Translations under genes and position numbers: made by a program
In this document: positions 26,560 through 39,879 of the stretch, piece after piece
Layout of the letters: every line of letters starts with the position of its first letter
Numbering within the stretch: position 1 is the first letter of the stretch
The notes under the pieces: generated by a model
What the model saw: the letters and a program-made list of their open reading frames with translations, nothing else
Databases searched by the model: none
What the model was told of the DNA's origin: nothing
Origin: Ginglymostoma cirratum
Taxonomy: Eukaryota
DNA: 64,000 nucleotides
Assembly (NCBI GenBank): GCA_024137785.1
Contig: JAHRHZ010000053.1
Location: 5,675,806-5,739,805 of the forward strand
Direction of reading: 5' to 3'

Positions 26560-28950
26560 AAAAGACGACACGAAGTTGAAGCTTTTTAGCTTGTATTAAT
26601 AAGACATGGGATGCTTAAAACAGACTTAAAAAGGAAGAGGACACCATTTCATACTGTATAAGTAAAGGGTGCAAATTGGTTGAACCATCATTGACGATGC
26701 AGCAAAGTCAGCAGCTACCTGCCAATCTCAGTTTTCATAAAAGTTTCTTAGACCAGGCAGATAGGTTCTGATCACTCAGTATGATACCAAGAGGGTGTAA
26801 CACAGATTGAATGTCTCCATGAATCCTTTGGTTTTAATGAATATTCCTTTTGCCCAAACATGCATCACAGTATAAGCCTGGATGCTTAGGTTCTTAAGTT
26901 AGTTTCCAATATAACTCTTAGCAGAGTCTGGATTATTTCATAAATGATTTCTAATAATTGCTTCATATTTACTAGTAGATATAATTTTCCGTGGCTTGCA
27001 AATATAGGCTGGTTGAACATAATTGGCAAACCGCATGCTGCAAATGGACAACAGGATATGTTGCTTGATATGGTCCACACTGGGATGTGTAACCTACATC
27101 GTTGGTATTGCACTGTCACTGGAATTCATTCATCACATTTCTCATATGAGTAACAAATACAGAAATTGCTGGAGAAACTCAGCAGGTCTGACAGCATCTG
27201 TGGATCGAGAAAGAAAAAGTTAATGTAAAGTCTAGGGACCCTTCTTCAGAAGGCTCATGTGTCGGAGGCAAAGTGTGTCCTTTAGTTTGATGGCAAAATC
27301 CTGTTAGTGGAGAAAATCACTTGCGGATTTACTGCATAGCAGTTGTGTGAGACAGCTTGCTTCAACTGTTGTTCACACTTTTGAGGCATTTCCCCCTTCC
27401 AGTACAATCTGAGGTAAAATGAGCACTGCTCAGGACCAGAAGTGGTTGATGTAGGCCCCTTCATGTATTTCTATAGTATTCAATGAGTGGTAATTTGATC
27501 AGGATACCTGTTATCACACAGGGCTGTTTTGATATGCCCTATTGCAGCATCACACTTGCATGGTGTACAGACAGCTCAGTCCCTATTCACAAGCTTGCCA
27601 ATAAGACTGATCTTGTAGCCCTTGGGACTGTAGGAATCCCAATGTCTTTATTGATCAATGAACTTGGCTTTTGGTAGTTAGTAGTTGTGAACCCATTAGT
27701 AGATGTTTCAGCTAATACTCTAAAGAAGGGAAGCTAATTTCATTGCTCCATTTCAATGGTAAATTTGAGCACAGAATGGAGTTTATTAAGCTGTGTAAAG
27801 AGATTCTTTAGTGCAGCTGCAGATTCAAATCTTGCAAATGTTTCATCTAAATTATCAGAAATGTGTAAAGGGTAAGACGTTAGTTGTCATTCCATGAAAG
27901 TTGTACTCAAAAAAGGATGTTTTCAAAGGCTAGTCCAAATGGGGCTCCCATGGCAATGTCATCTACTTGGGCACACATTGTGTCTGAAGCTACACTCAAC
28001 TTCATGAGTTTGTGAGTTTAATGAACACAGATTCAGAGAGCAGTGACACATCAAGATCACCGTGATATGGTAACATAATGCAAATGGCTCTGGCTTCTTT
28101 GAGTGGCCTGCTGGTAAATCAGCTAGCAACATGCAAGAAATATTGATGGTCTTAAAATATAAGTCTTGTATGATCTTCACAAAAGTGAACTTATCCTCAC
28201 TGGAAAATTCATTCAGAGCTGGATACAAAAGCTCACACAACAATTAGCTAATTTATAGTGTTCAGAGTTGGGCATAAGTAGAGTAGGGTGTAAAGGGACA
28301 TCACTTTTTTGTGCATTAGGTAGCTCATGTATTAGTTGACGCAGTGATCCATGAGGATGAATTCTATCATTTACGTCACAACACCTTTTCCAAGTCCAAA
28401 CAGCACCTTTGCAACTTGCCTTTGAGCATGGCTGTCTGATCATATGTGGTGGAAAGTCCTATATGTATAAAGTTGGAGTCTTCATTAAACACAGCATACA
28501 TTTTGTCAATGAAATTACATTTGTGGAGTACGTCCTACTCCAGTCCCTTTGACAGGTTTACATATATGCAGACCAGGATCTGACTTCAGATTATGCAACA
28601 CTATCAGCCGTTTGCATGGCATATGAAAATCTGTCAGGCTATTTGATGTTCCACAATATGCTTGGACCACATCTGCTCAACATGCTTTCAGGGCCAGTGG
28701 AAACTAGTTTGTGATAAGATAACTGGCAATGAAGGAATTTGAACTCGGTAATTAATTTAATGTGTTTTGAGGGCACGCCAAAATTGCAACCATAAATGGG
28801 AACAAGTTCCTCATTTCCAGAAAGAATGTCTGTCTTCGAGAGACTTAATACATGTTTAGCAACATCTATAATTTTACTTCTGAAGTGCTTCACTTTAAGT
28901 AGATTTGTAGTGTAGATGTGTTTCATGTGGGTATTGTTCGTTGTGTCGTT
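26560..28950 (-). mobile_element. Long decayed Penelope-like element (RT, GIY-YIG and 3' end)
   Basis: Minus-strand motifs in order: YGCNFGVP; DRIHPHGSLRQLIHELPNAQKSDVPLHPTLLM; AQVDDIAMGAPFG; LDETF; HSVLKFTIEMEQ..LPFF; GPEQCSFYLRLYWKG; MRNVMNEFQ*QCNTNDVGYTSQ (GIY-YIG-like). Confidence 0.85.
27152..27252 (-). mobile_element. Hammerhead-bearing terminal-repeat fragment nested in the PLE
   Basis: The minus strand reads ttCTGAAGAagggtccctagact...ttaac...cacagatgctgtcagacctgctgagtttctccagcaatttctg. Confidence 0.75.
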
Positions 28951-28966
28951 GTCTGTAGAGACAATA

Positions 28967-29165
28967 TAGAATCATAGAATCCCTACCGTGTGGAAACAGG
29001 CCATATAGCCCATTGAGTCCGTACTGACTCTCTGAAGTGCATCCCTCCCAGACCCAACCCCCTACCCTATTCCTGCAACCCTGTGTTTCCCATGGCTAAT
29101 CACCTAACCTCTGGACACTGTGGGAAATTTAGCGTGGCCAATCCACCTAACCTGCACATTTTTTG
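28967..29165 (-). mobile_element. HE1/V-SINE-type SINE, 3' half
   Basis: atagaatccctaccgtgtggaaacaggcc...ggccaatccacctaacctgcacat. Confidence 0.85.
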
Positions 29166-29329
29166 ACACAGCATAGAGGCACCAACTGAGCAGATGTGGA
29201 TCATAATATCATTGAAAAGGATGAGTAATAATGTTTAAATCGAAAAATAAAGGATGTAATGCACTTCATAACAATCATAATACAGAGCAAGACATAGATT
29301 AGAATACAGAGCAAGACATATTTTATCTC

Positions 29330-29970
29330 ATTTAAAAGGCCATTCTACTGTATGCCTGTATCTTACTTTAGCTCTATCAGCAAGCTTAGAAATAATCACT
29401 GACAGGACTGTTGGTCCAAAGGACTTTCAGAGAAATTTAATACATAGTTTGTGAAACATTTCTAAAATGTGATCCCTGTTCCAGCTGTTGGTCATCTATC
29501 TTGATCTCTTTTTCCATGTGCTGTTCTTCAAGTCTTCATAACCTTCTTTTTTACGTGAATTTTCATCCCATAAGCTCTCTGCGCTACAGTCATTCTACCC
29601 ATTAGTATTTGTATGTTTTCTGCTAAGACCTGGTCATTTGCAAATCTCCTCATGTTCATCAATTGGTCTCCAACATTGACGCCTTTTTGTGCTTCATCTG
29701 CTTTATTTTTGATGACATCCAGATATGTTTCAAAGAGCAATGGCGACAGTAAACTGCTTAGCTTCACATTATAGCTGATTAAACCGGATTCATTTTCATC
29801 AAATGGTGCCCTTTCTACAGAGCCACAATCCTTATTTTATATCTCCAGTTAACTCTGGTCATCTCCAACATTTCCAATGCCCTTTTCATGTTCAATTGGT
29901 CAAAAGTTGTTTTGTAATTCACAATGCAGATTTGTACTTTATACTGGTTTACTGAGCTTCATCTACCATG
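29330..29970 (-). mobile_element. Old RTE-clade LINE RT fragment
   Basis: VQICIVNYKTTFDQL..; LSPLLFETY..GVNVGDQLMNMRRFANDQ..YGMKIHVKKKVM, matching RFADD..YGMKINxKKTKVM. Confidence 0.7.
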
Positions 29971-30458
29971 AAATCCATGAAAGTGTTCATAATTAAAACA
30001 TATAAACAACTCAAAATAAACTGTGAAAACAAACATTTTATAAGAATTCCCAGGAACTTCGACAACTTTAATCAGTTGAAGTTACACCGTTGTCCAGAGC
30101 CAAATTAAACTTAAGTGTTATATATAGTATATTACAACTTAACTAATCTCATTTGGGTTACCTCATATCTAACACAAGCTTGTAGTTTGCACTGGTGTGA
30201 ACTTTCATATTGGTAAAAACTGCCCAGTGGATAAGCCCTTACTTATTGCTATGTTTGGTGTTGATGGTTGAACAGGACACAAGGTGCACTTTCAGCATGC
30301 TAGACACAATCTCAGGAGATGGCCCCAAGTTATTACAAAATGCTCCGTTATGAAGCCATTTGAGATCTGATAAAGCTCTTCCTAACAACAAAAGGTGGAC
30401 TCAGACTATGGGTAAATTGAGAATTATATACCCTTTTGCAATGCTTATTATTAACTAG

Positions 30459-31014
30459 GTCAGAAATCACACAACACCTTTGCCCAAAAAGGTTTATTTC
30501 AAGACACAAGCTTTCAGAGTCTGTCTCCCTCTACAGATGTCAGTGAGAGAGAGGTAGTATCAGACACAGAATTTATAAGTAAAAGATCAAAGGTTCGCAC
30601 CATTGATCAGGGTGTATTAAACAGATTTAACAGCATCTCAGGTTTGTTTAATACATCCTGGTTTACTGAGCTTTATGTACCATAAAAACCTTGAAAGTGT
30701 CCATAATTAAAATATATAAGCATCTTAAAATAAAATGTGAAAACAATCGCTTTAAAATAATTCCCAGGAACTTTGACAATTTTTGTTTAGACAACTAAAG
30801 CTGAAGAGACGCTGTTGCCCAGAGCCAAAGTAAACTTTAGCGTTATATGACCTTTTGATCTTTTACTTATCAATGCTGTGTCTAATAATACCTCTCTCAC
30901 TAACAGGTGAAGACTCTGAAAGCTTGTGTTTTGAAATAAACATGTTGGACCATAACCATCCAGCTCCACACTTTGTTATCTCGGACTATAACCCTGTGTT
31001 GTGTGATTTTTGAC
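30459..31014. mobile_element. Inverted-repeat PLE-type element enclosing a copy of nearby DNA
   Basis: Arms about 30459-30594 and 30849-31014 are reverse complements (same family as 23228-23320). The interior 30658-30848 resembles 29944-30123. Confidence 0.8.
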
Positions 31015-32859
31015 CGTGTCAACCTATCCCTAGTTGCCTTCAGAGAAGTTAGTGATGAGCTGCCTTCTTGAAACCATTACAATCCATTTTGACCCAGTGA
31101 CAGTGAAGGAACTGTAATCTATTTCCAAGTCAAGATGCTGAGTGTCTTAGAGGGGAATTTGCACATGGTGTTGTTCCCATGTACCTGCTGCCCTTGTTGC
31201 TCCAGATGGAAGTGGTCATGGGTTCGAATATGCTGTCTAAAAACCCTTTGCGAATTTTATACCAGGTCCAGCTTTGTTCCATTTTACCTTAAGGGCTACT
31301 TTGGCTTAATGGTTATCTGTAAATCTATTTTTTTGTTTGTTTAAGTGTATTTACAGGATGTGGACATCATAGGCTATGCCAGCATTTATTGCCCATCTCC
31401 AATTGCAGTTAAGAGTCAGTCATGTTGCTATGGTTCTGGAGCTAGAAATAGGCCAGACCAGGTAAAGCCAGCAGTTTGCTTCCCTCAAGGACATTTATGA
31501 ACCATTTTGGACTTTTCCCCAACAATCAAGAATGGTTTCATGGTTATCATTAGACTTTTAATTCTAGCCTTTTCTTTAATTCAAACTTCACAATTGACTA
31601 TTGTGAGATTTGAACCCGGGTCCCCAGAATATTACCTGGGTCTCCGGATTAATAGTCTAATGATAGTACAACTAGTCCATTATGTCCCAATGTATAAATA
31701 GTTTATTCAAATAAAGAACGACAAATGTTGTTATCAATCACAACAGTGGTGAAAAATGGGTGGTAGCTAATTGACCATCCTCTAACACCCCATCTTTCTA
31801 TTAACTTCCGTCAGGCTTCACTGTATCCCAGAAGCACAATAGCTAATTGAAATCCCTATTGTACTGAATAGACCTGGCTGAAGTCAGTGAACCTGCTGTA
31901 AATCTAGCATTCAATGTGCAAAGTCCTGTTGTCTAAGTCTTGCTTGCACACTGACTTTACCAATGGGAAGCAGGTTGGAACATTTTACTCCTCCACACAT
32001 GCTGCTTGAACAGTTTCTTGTCATTGAATAGTTATCTGCCTGCTTCAAAGGTCTGATTGCTGACTCACTGCATTAAGCTGAGTAATGAATTGAGACTGTC
32101 CAAAATCACTGGGGAGTACAATTATGCACTATTCAATTCAACATATTTTCTGGTCTTAAAACAACACCATCTGTTTCCTAGGTACCTAAGCAATCCTGCT
32201 CTAGCTGGTTATACAGAGCAAGAACAGAGGAAATAATAACTTGATTTGATCATGAAGAGAGAGGGATTGAGTTGATTTAAAAAAAGCATTATTCCACTGG
32301 GGTTCAGAAACGAAGGGGTAAGGAACACAAAGTTTTAAGATTAAATGTAGTAAATCTAGGATGGAAAAAAAGACCGGAGTTGTAAGGCTATTACTGAAGT
32401 TTGTGATTGAAGTAAAATTTTGTCATGTTGAAGAACAAGCAAATTATTTTGTTGAAGGGAAGTGGAATAAAGGAATCTAGGACACCAAGTGTATGAAAAT
32501 AGGATAACTTCTGATATGAAGGATAAATGTTAACATAGGTTGTCAAGAACAATCAGCTTTCTCGCTGCCTAATTTACTTTGTTAAGTAATTTAGTGTCCA
32601 AAAGTACACCATACTGTTACAATCCAGTTGGATGCCATTAACATTGAAAGAGAAATCCAAATTACTCATTTTACACAATGGAATTAGACAATATTTCACT
32701 TTTCCTTTAAAAAAATACTTTCTTGTATATTAAAGAATTAAAGAAAAAGACAAGTGTTATTAACTTAATAATGTGCTTTCTTACTATGGTATGAACTGTG
32801 ATTTACTTCTTACTTACTTATTCCAAAAATTGTCTTACAAGATGCATCAATCTTAAACT

Positions 32860-33190
32860 TATTTATGAGAGGCATGAATAGAGTGGATACTCAGAGTCTT
32901 TTTTCCCCAAGGTGGATGTATCAAATACTGGGGGCCATAGGTTTAAGTTGAGTGGGGAATGTTTAAAGGAGATGTGTGAGGCAAGTTCTGCTTCACACAG
33001 AAGCTGGTAGGTGTCTGGAACACACTGCCAGGAAAGGTGGTAGAAGCAAATACGATAACAACATTTAGGAAGCGTTCAGACAGACACATATACGGACAGG
33101 GAATAGAAGGGATACAGACAACGTGCAGGCATATGGGATTAGTTTAGAATAACTTCACGATTGGCACAGGAACTGTACTACGCTATTTTC
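32860..33190 (+). mobile_element. CR1 3' fragment
   Basis: atgagaggcatgaatagagtggat...gggccataggtttaag...tggaacacactgccagg. Confidence 0.8.
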
Positions 33191-34219
33191 AGTAGGGACC
33201 TCCCGTAAGTATGCCACAGCCCTTGGGAGAATATTCTTCAGTTATTGTTATTCTCAGAGGTAAAATTTCCATTTGCTATGTCTTGACTGTGCTTGACTGT
33301 TCCTTGTTCTGGTTATTTATGTAATCCATTCAAGCTCATCTGTTTGTTGCTGACTTTGCCATGAAATTCTCTAGAGGACCCCCTGTAGATTATTCCGTCA
33401 GTTTCAAACTAGGCAGCATTCCAGATCTTGTTCTCTTTGAAATAAATTCTCACCCACACTCCGTGTGACTAATGAGGATGTTAGTTTTATTCTACTCTGA
33501 TAACATTGCAGGTCTATCTAATTATCAACTAACTTTTCGCCATCTTTTCTTAGCAAGCTGCAAACCACCCAAGAAGCAAAGTGTACCTAATTCTCTCAGC
33601 AAAACTCCCCATGTAAATTGAAACTAGAGAAACCTCTTAAGTTCCAACCATCTCTATGACATCGTAGCCAGCTCATGAATGACCTCAAACTGACCTTAAA
33701 TTACCCATGGTTTTCTTCTTTGATTGACTGAAGCAAATACATTTTGCAACTTTTTACGAGATCAATAAATGCTTTTTAACAGATTTATTTCTAACATGCA
33801 AAACAAAAGTATCTCTTGGGAATGCATTACTTGCAAGCATCACAGACAATACTCTCCACCCTTTTGGTAAGTAAGCCATGTTGTTGTTTCATAATGTTAT
33901 TTTTTATCTGTTAAACTCTTGTCAACATTGCTTCAATCTTTTAAAGACACTTGAATCTTTCTTTTCATTGCATTTATCCCACTTTCTACATTAAAAAAAA
34001 GAAGGTTCTTGAATATTGAATGTACAAAACATTTAGGAATGACAATAAGTTAAGAAAATATGCAGGAGTGTTTATTAATGATGACATTAACACAGTAGGG
34101 AGAACTGACCTTAGTCCAGGAAGCAGAATACAGAAGTGGTTGAATAAAGATAAGAAATGATAAAGATAAGAAGCCACTTGCGAGGCGAAGGTGTCTAACG
34201 ATTCACCACATAGCAGAAT

Positions 34220-35110
34220 GAAATATAGAGAAAAAAGTAACGGGAACTTCTCAGAAAACTAGGGTGAGAATCATGGAGATGTTAATCAGCATGCAGCGTG
34301 GAAACTGACATGACCAAATGTAGTGAGTAGGAAGAGATCATAGAATGTTTCCATAATTCCATAGAACATCACGCTCTGGAACAAACGAGAGAGCAGGCTA
34401 TACTCAACATGACTTTGATTAACTAATGACATCATAGTGAATTCTCAAGATCACAGTGATAATATTATCATCAAATTTTACATTTAGATTGAGAGAGAAA
34501 GAGAAAGGACTTTGTCCAAGACTAGTCTGTTAGACCTAAATAAGAGCATTTATGAGGGCATGAAAACAAACTGAGCTAAAGTAAACTGTAAATTATGTTA
34601 GGGATTAGGTCAATAGACATGCAATGGCAGACATTTAAAAAAAGCAAAATTATGAGGCGCAGGGAAAGGATAGTTTATGATGAGTAATTTCCCCTGAGTG
34701 GAGGCATCAGTAATCTACATAGATTTAAGGTAAGGGACAGGAGATTTAAAGGGAATTTGGAAGAGATTATTTTCTTCCAAAATGTGAGAGTACCTGGAAC
34801 CTACAGTCTGAAAGGGTGGTAGAGATTGGAAATATCACAAATTTAAGAATATTTTAGATAAGCACATAGCATACAAGGTTTTGGGCCAAGATCTGGAAAA
34901 TGAGACTAGATTAGATGGTACTTGACAATCATCATGGACAAGTTTGGCTGCAGGGTCTTTTCCACGCTGTAAAATTTCCTGACACAAAATCACAGAACTG
35001 TTACAGAGCAGAAGGAGGCCATTCAGCCCATCGTGCCTGAACAGGTTCAATCATCTAATGCCAACTTCATGTCTTTTTCCCATTTTCCTTCCATTCCATT
35101 CCTATCCAAT
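34220..35110. mobile_element. Cluster of old CR1 fragments
   Basis: Pieces resembling the CR1 endonuclease-linker region and 3' tail (agtgataat...caaatttt; atagatttaaggtaagg; aggccattcagcccatc). Confidence 0.55.
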
Positions 35111-36029
35111 TGAGCAAAAAATTGGTGTAACATTTCAGGTTGAGTGGTACAGAAAAATGAATCTTGTTGCCCTAAGCCAATTCAGTGAATTAGACTGATG
35201 ATCTGCATCGCAACTTCATGTATCCAGGTTAGTTCTATAGCTCTAAGAAGTTCAGCATTAACTGTTTGCTGACAAATTTGCAGGTTTCGTCAGTGTCTGA
35301 GACTCATATGGATTACTGAGCCTAACTTAGATCAGGACCCCGGAAATAGCTGAGAAATAAATTGTCCATTCCCTCCTCCTACACTGCTCCAGTAAAGCTC
35401 AATGTACACTTGATGAACACCATGTCATCTTTCCAATGCACATATTCCAGAGTTAACATTGAATTTAGTATAGTTAGTTTAAATTATTGCTGCCATTTTT
35501 TTGGACACCAGGTGCTAATACTGGACCCGAACCATTGATAATAGAGGAGGTGGGTCCAATGCTAGTCTCAACCCTTTGTGATTTGCCAACCTTTTCTACC
35601 TCATTCCCAGTATAAGGAAGCTTTGTCTTTTCCTCATTGTCCAATTTACCATGTTTTTCCACTAGGTTTTCTGACCATGCACTCACCCAAACATTGTTGT
35701 TTTTCAACCGTAACTGTTTGATTCTCCTCTGGATATTTCTTTTCAAATATATCTATGAAAAAAATCCTCTGCCTTAGTGACATGTGATTGAGATAGTCAG
35801 CTCTTCTGTTGTCAAGAAAATGATACAACCTTGTTAGTATATTTGATGACATTCGAATCAATTAAGTACCAGCACATAGAAATGCCTGGTCACTCACTCA
35901 AATAAAAGTGGAAAGTGCTGGAGAAAAATTGAGCTCAATGACTCTTCTTCAGAATTGGATTTGAAGAGTTAACTCTGTCTCTGTCTCCAGAGATGTTGCC
36001 AGACCTGCTATGTTCCAAAATAAATTTGA

Positions 36030-37090
36030 AACAATGCGATAAAACAGACATTAGGAAAGTTATAGGTCATGGGATCAAAAGGGCAGTTAGCACATGGTTA
36101 CAAAATTGGCTGAGGGGTATGAAACAGAGACTAATGGTTAATGGGCTGGAAGAAGGTTTGTTGTGGATTTTCTCAGGATATTATATTGGGGCTCTTGTTT
36201 GTCCCAGATATATAGATCTTGGTGTACAAGGGACAATTTCAAAGTTTGCAGAGGCATGAAACTTGTGATAGTTGACAAATGAAATTCAACATAAAGTGTG
36301 AGGTGATACACTTTGATACAAAGAGCACCTATAGTGTATAAAATAAATGTATTGTAACTGCTGTACAGGAGCACAGGCATGGATATATATGTACAATAGT
36401 CAATAACCATGACAGGTCAGACAGAGAGAACTGTTAAGAAAGCATGTGGTATTCTTTGCTTCATTAATAGGAGCATAAAGAACAAGAGCAGGGAAGTTAT
36501 GGTGAAGTTTTGATGAACTTGTAGAATTCACTGGTGAGACTTAAGCTGGTGTATTGTATACTATTCTGGGCATGAGGGAAAAATGGAGAAGATAGATAGC
36601 TATGTTTGGGGGAGGGGTGGTCCGGGAAAGGTACAGGGGAAACATGGGAAATTAGGCAATGAGGAAAAATTGAGAAGTTTTGACAGTTTTCCCTGCAGAG
36701 GAGAAAGCTCAGATAAGATTTGATAGAAGTTTCCTAAATTATTGATTGTCTATACAGAGAAGATAGGGAGAAACTGTTTCTGCTTGTAAAAGGATGATTG
36801 AAAAGGCACATATTTAAAGCATTTGCAAAGAAGTTAAGGCCAGGTGAAAAATAAACTTGTTTCACACAGCAGGTAGTTAGGGAATGGAGTACACCACATG
36901 GAAGTGTGATAGAGGCAGGTTCAATTGAAGTGATCGAGAGGGGTTTGGATGTTTACTTAAATAGGACCAATGAGCTGGGTGAGGGGAAAATGCAAGAGTT
37001 TGGCACTAAGTTAAAACATTAACACAGAACCAGTGCTGGCACCATAGGCCAAATATCCTCCTTTTCACTGTAACAATTCTGTGATTTTCT
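36030..37090 (+). mobile_element. Decayed CR1 RT to 3' tail (preceded by a fold-back PLE fragment at about 35900-36010)
   Basis: HGIKRAVSTWLQNWL..KQR..ISKFAE, then typical downstream CR1 DNA. Confidence 0.8.
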
Positions 37091-38749
37091 GACGCTTTTT
37101 TCAATTTTAGATATGCAGCATTCACATTGCTGTGTTTTCACTCAAACATTTTCCAAAGGAACTTCCAAGCAGCTTTGAATAATGCACTGTAAATGTAAAC
37201 GTGTTGGGAAACTAGTTCCCTGTAACCTCATCAATGTCCATGTCCCAAGCCCAAACCACCAGTGGTGTCAATTTTTTATTGCCATTAAACATGATTAAAA
37301 TCATTGAAATGAATGCGCAAATAGGTTGCAAGCCATGCAAATCTTCACCTGCAACCCTTTCATACATAAAAATCAACTTGGGTTCTATCATAGCATCTTT
37401 TTAAGGAAAGCATGTCTTTCTTAGTAAAAACAGATGATTCCCTGCAGATGGAGGGAGGTATTATATAGGCAAGAAAAATGTATACTCACTGCTATTCGTG
37501 TCTTGAGTTAAAAATGGTGTGTGTTAAATCAATATGTTCTGTGTATGACTTGACACAACAGGGTATGAATTGCAAGTGTCCTCTTGATTTAAAGTGCTGT
37601 ATCTGACTCATCCATGCATATATACAGCTACATCTGTGCACCCTACTTTATTGGCATAATTTACATAAGCAAAATAGTCTGCTGTGACTCTTCTTGTCAG
37701 ATTTATAGAGAAATTTTAACCAAACCTGAATGGAGTGGAAAATATAAGGTCAATCCAGTCTTGTTAGTTGCCCTTTGATGGTTGGTTAAAGTAACCCAGA
37801 AATTCAGAACCCTAGCAAATTGTATGCAGGCTTGAATTGTACAAAGATTTGCAACAAAATGTGTTATGAAGAATAGTTATGAAGGAAGTGCCTTCAATGT
37901 CCCAGTAAGACACGTGAGATGCCGGGTGTCCCATATTGAATGAGAATCTGTAAATGAGTCCTTTAGCAAGACTGGGGGATGTGTTGTGGTGGGGGCTCGT
38001 CGCTATTTTGTTGCTGACTTAAGTGGCAACTTCCATGGCAATGTGTGGTGAGAATATATTTGTTTGGCGCAGTTTTCGCTTCACGCTTTAAAGGGAAGTG
38101 GTGGTTCATGGGGAGGTATAGACATAGTGATATTTGGACTGGTAATCCACAGTCTCGAACTTATCTTATTGAGACGTGTATGTGAATGACACTGTGGTAG
38201 ATAGTGAAAATTGAGATCAAAGTAAATCTGGAATTAAAAAGCTAGCAAAGGACACTGTCTAATCACTGTCAGTTGTTATAAAAATCCATATGGTTCACTA
38301 GTATCCTTCTAAGAGGGAAATCAATCATCCTTACCTGTTCTGGCGTACATGTGCCTCAACTACTGTCTTGGGTAATTAGAGATAGACAATACATGCTGGT
38401 TGTGTCAATTGTCAATGATGCCCACATCCTATGTAAGAATAACAAAAACACAAAGGTAGCATTTGTTTGAGCTGAGAGTAGGAAGCTGAAAAGTAGAAAT
38501 TGATGATGACCAAATGTTGCTCTCCATGCCAATGGTGCCTTCCTTGATGTATTTCAGAGGGTGATGAGCAGACATAGAGAAATAATCACCTTCATCAAAG
38601 GAGGAAGAAACTCATTTTTGTCAAAAAGCAGGCATGGCTGGAGGTCACCAAGCTGTGAAGAATAGGACCATTGTGCCACACTTCTGTGTTGAAGGAAACA
38701 AGTGTTTTAACAGCCTAATCATACCAGGAAAGTAAAACCGCATGTTCAC

Positions 38750-39475
38750 TCTAAACATCCTGTTCCTTCTCTTACCTTAAAACTGGGCCCCCTTTCTGAT
38801 AGTGTGGCAATGAAATTGCATATGGTATTCTTGCTGTCTTACTGCAGCAGTACTCCAGCTCCATAATAACCTCCTTGCCCTTATATTCAATGCCTTGAGA
38901 AATAAGAGAAATTATCCCAAATACCTTCTTAACCATCTTATTTGCCTGTCTTGTTGCCTTCAAGGATCCATGGGCATGCACACCAAGATCCCTGTGATCC
39001 TTTGCACTTCTTAAAGTTCCACCATTCAACATGTTCTCCCTTACCTTGTTTGTCCTCTCAAAATGCATCTCAGACTTATCAGGATTAAGTTCCAAATGCC
39101 ACTGTTCAGCCAATCTAACCACACAGTCTGTGTCGTCCTGTAGTCTAAGGCTTTCCTCTTTGCTGTTCACCATGCCAACTTATGTCGTCTATGAACTAAC
39201 TAATTATGTCTAGATCAAATTACCTTTGATACCACAGGCTCTTAGCTTCTTAAACAGCCTGTCATGAGAGCTCGTTAAAATCTGAAATCCATGCAGACGA
39301 CATCAACTGCATTATCCTCACCTATACACCTCGTCATCTTTGATTCAAAAATTCAAACAAATTTGTTAGATATGCTTTCCCTTGCTATCATTCATCAGAT
39401 CATGCCTCTCCAAGTACAGATTAATTTTGTTTCTCGGAATATTTTCCAACAGTTTCCCTATCACTGATGTTAGAA
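38750..39475 (-). mobile_element. CR1 RT fragment
   Basis: ORF 38772-39173: LQDDTD..EQWHLELNPDK..RDLGVH..LISQGIEYKGKEVIMEL. Confidence 0.85.
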
Positions 39476-39879
39476 ACTGAGAACTGAGTCTTCCCCTAAC
39501 AGATACAGTTAAGGTAGAATTTGAGAGGTTCTTAAGGATTACACAGAGATTGTGTACAAAATCCTCTCAGAATTCAGAGCAGGGACTTGAAGCATTCCAA
39601 TGAAAAGTCAGAGAATGATATGCTCTAGAATATTAACTCTTGTTGCCCTCTGCCTAGACACTGTGTATTTTTAGCATTTTACGTTTACCAGCATCTGCAG
39701 TTGTTTATTTCTCTATCAGAGATTTGAGAATCTTTCCTCCTCTTCTACTTAAGCCTCTGGGATTGCACCATGCAGATATAGACCTTAAAGGAGGTGCAAC
39801 ATGTACATGAGTGAATAAGAAAATGTTAAATGCTGAGGATAATTACTTAGGAGAATCGCATAAAACAGGTATTATATAT

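Noticed and set aside
29279-29320. Short direct repeat aatacagagcaagacata x2 as CRISPR-like
   Set aside because: Only two copies with a tiny spacer in eukaryotic DNA. It is an ordinary local duplication.
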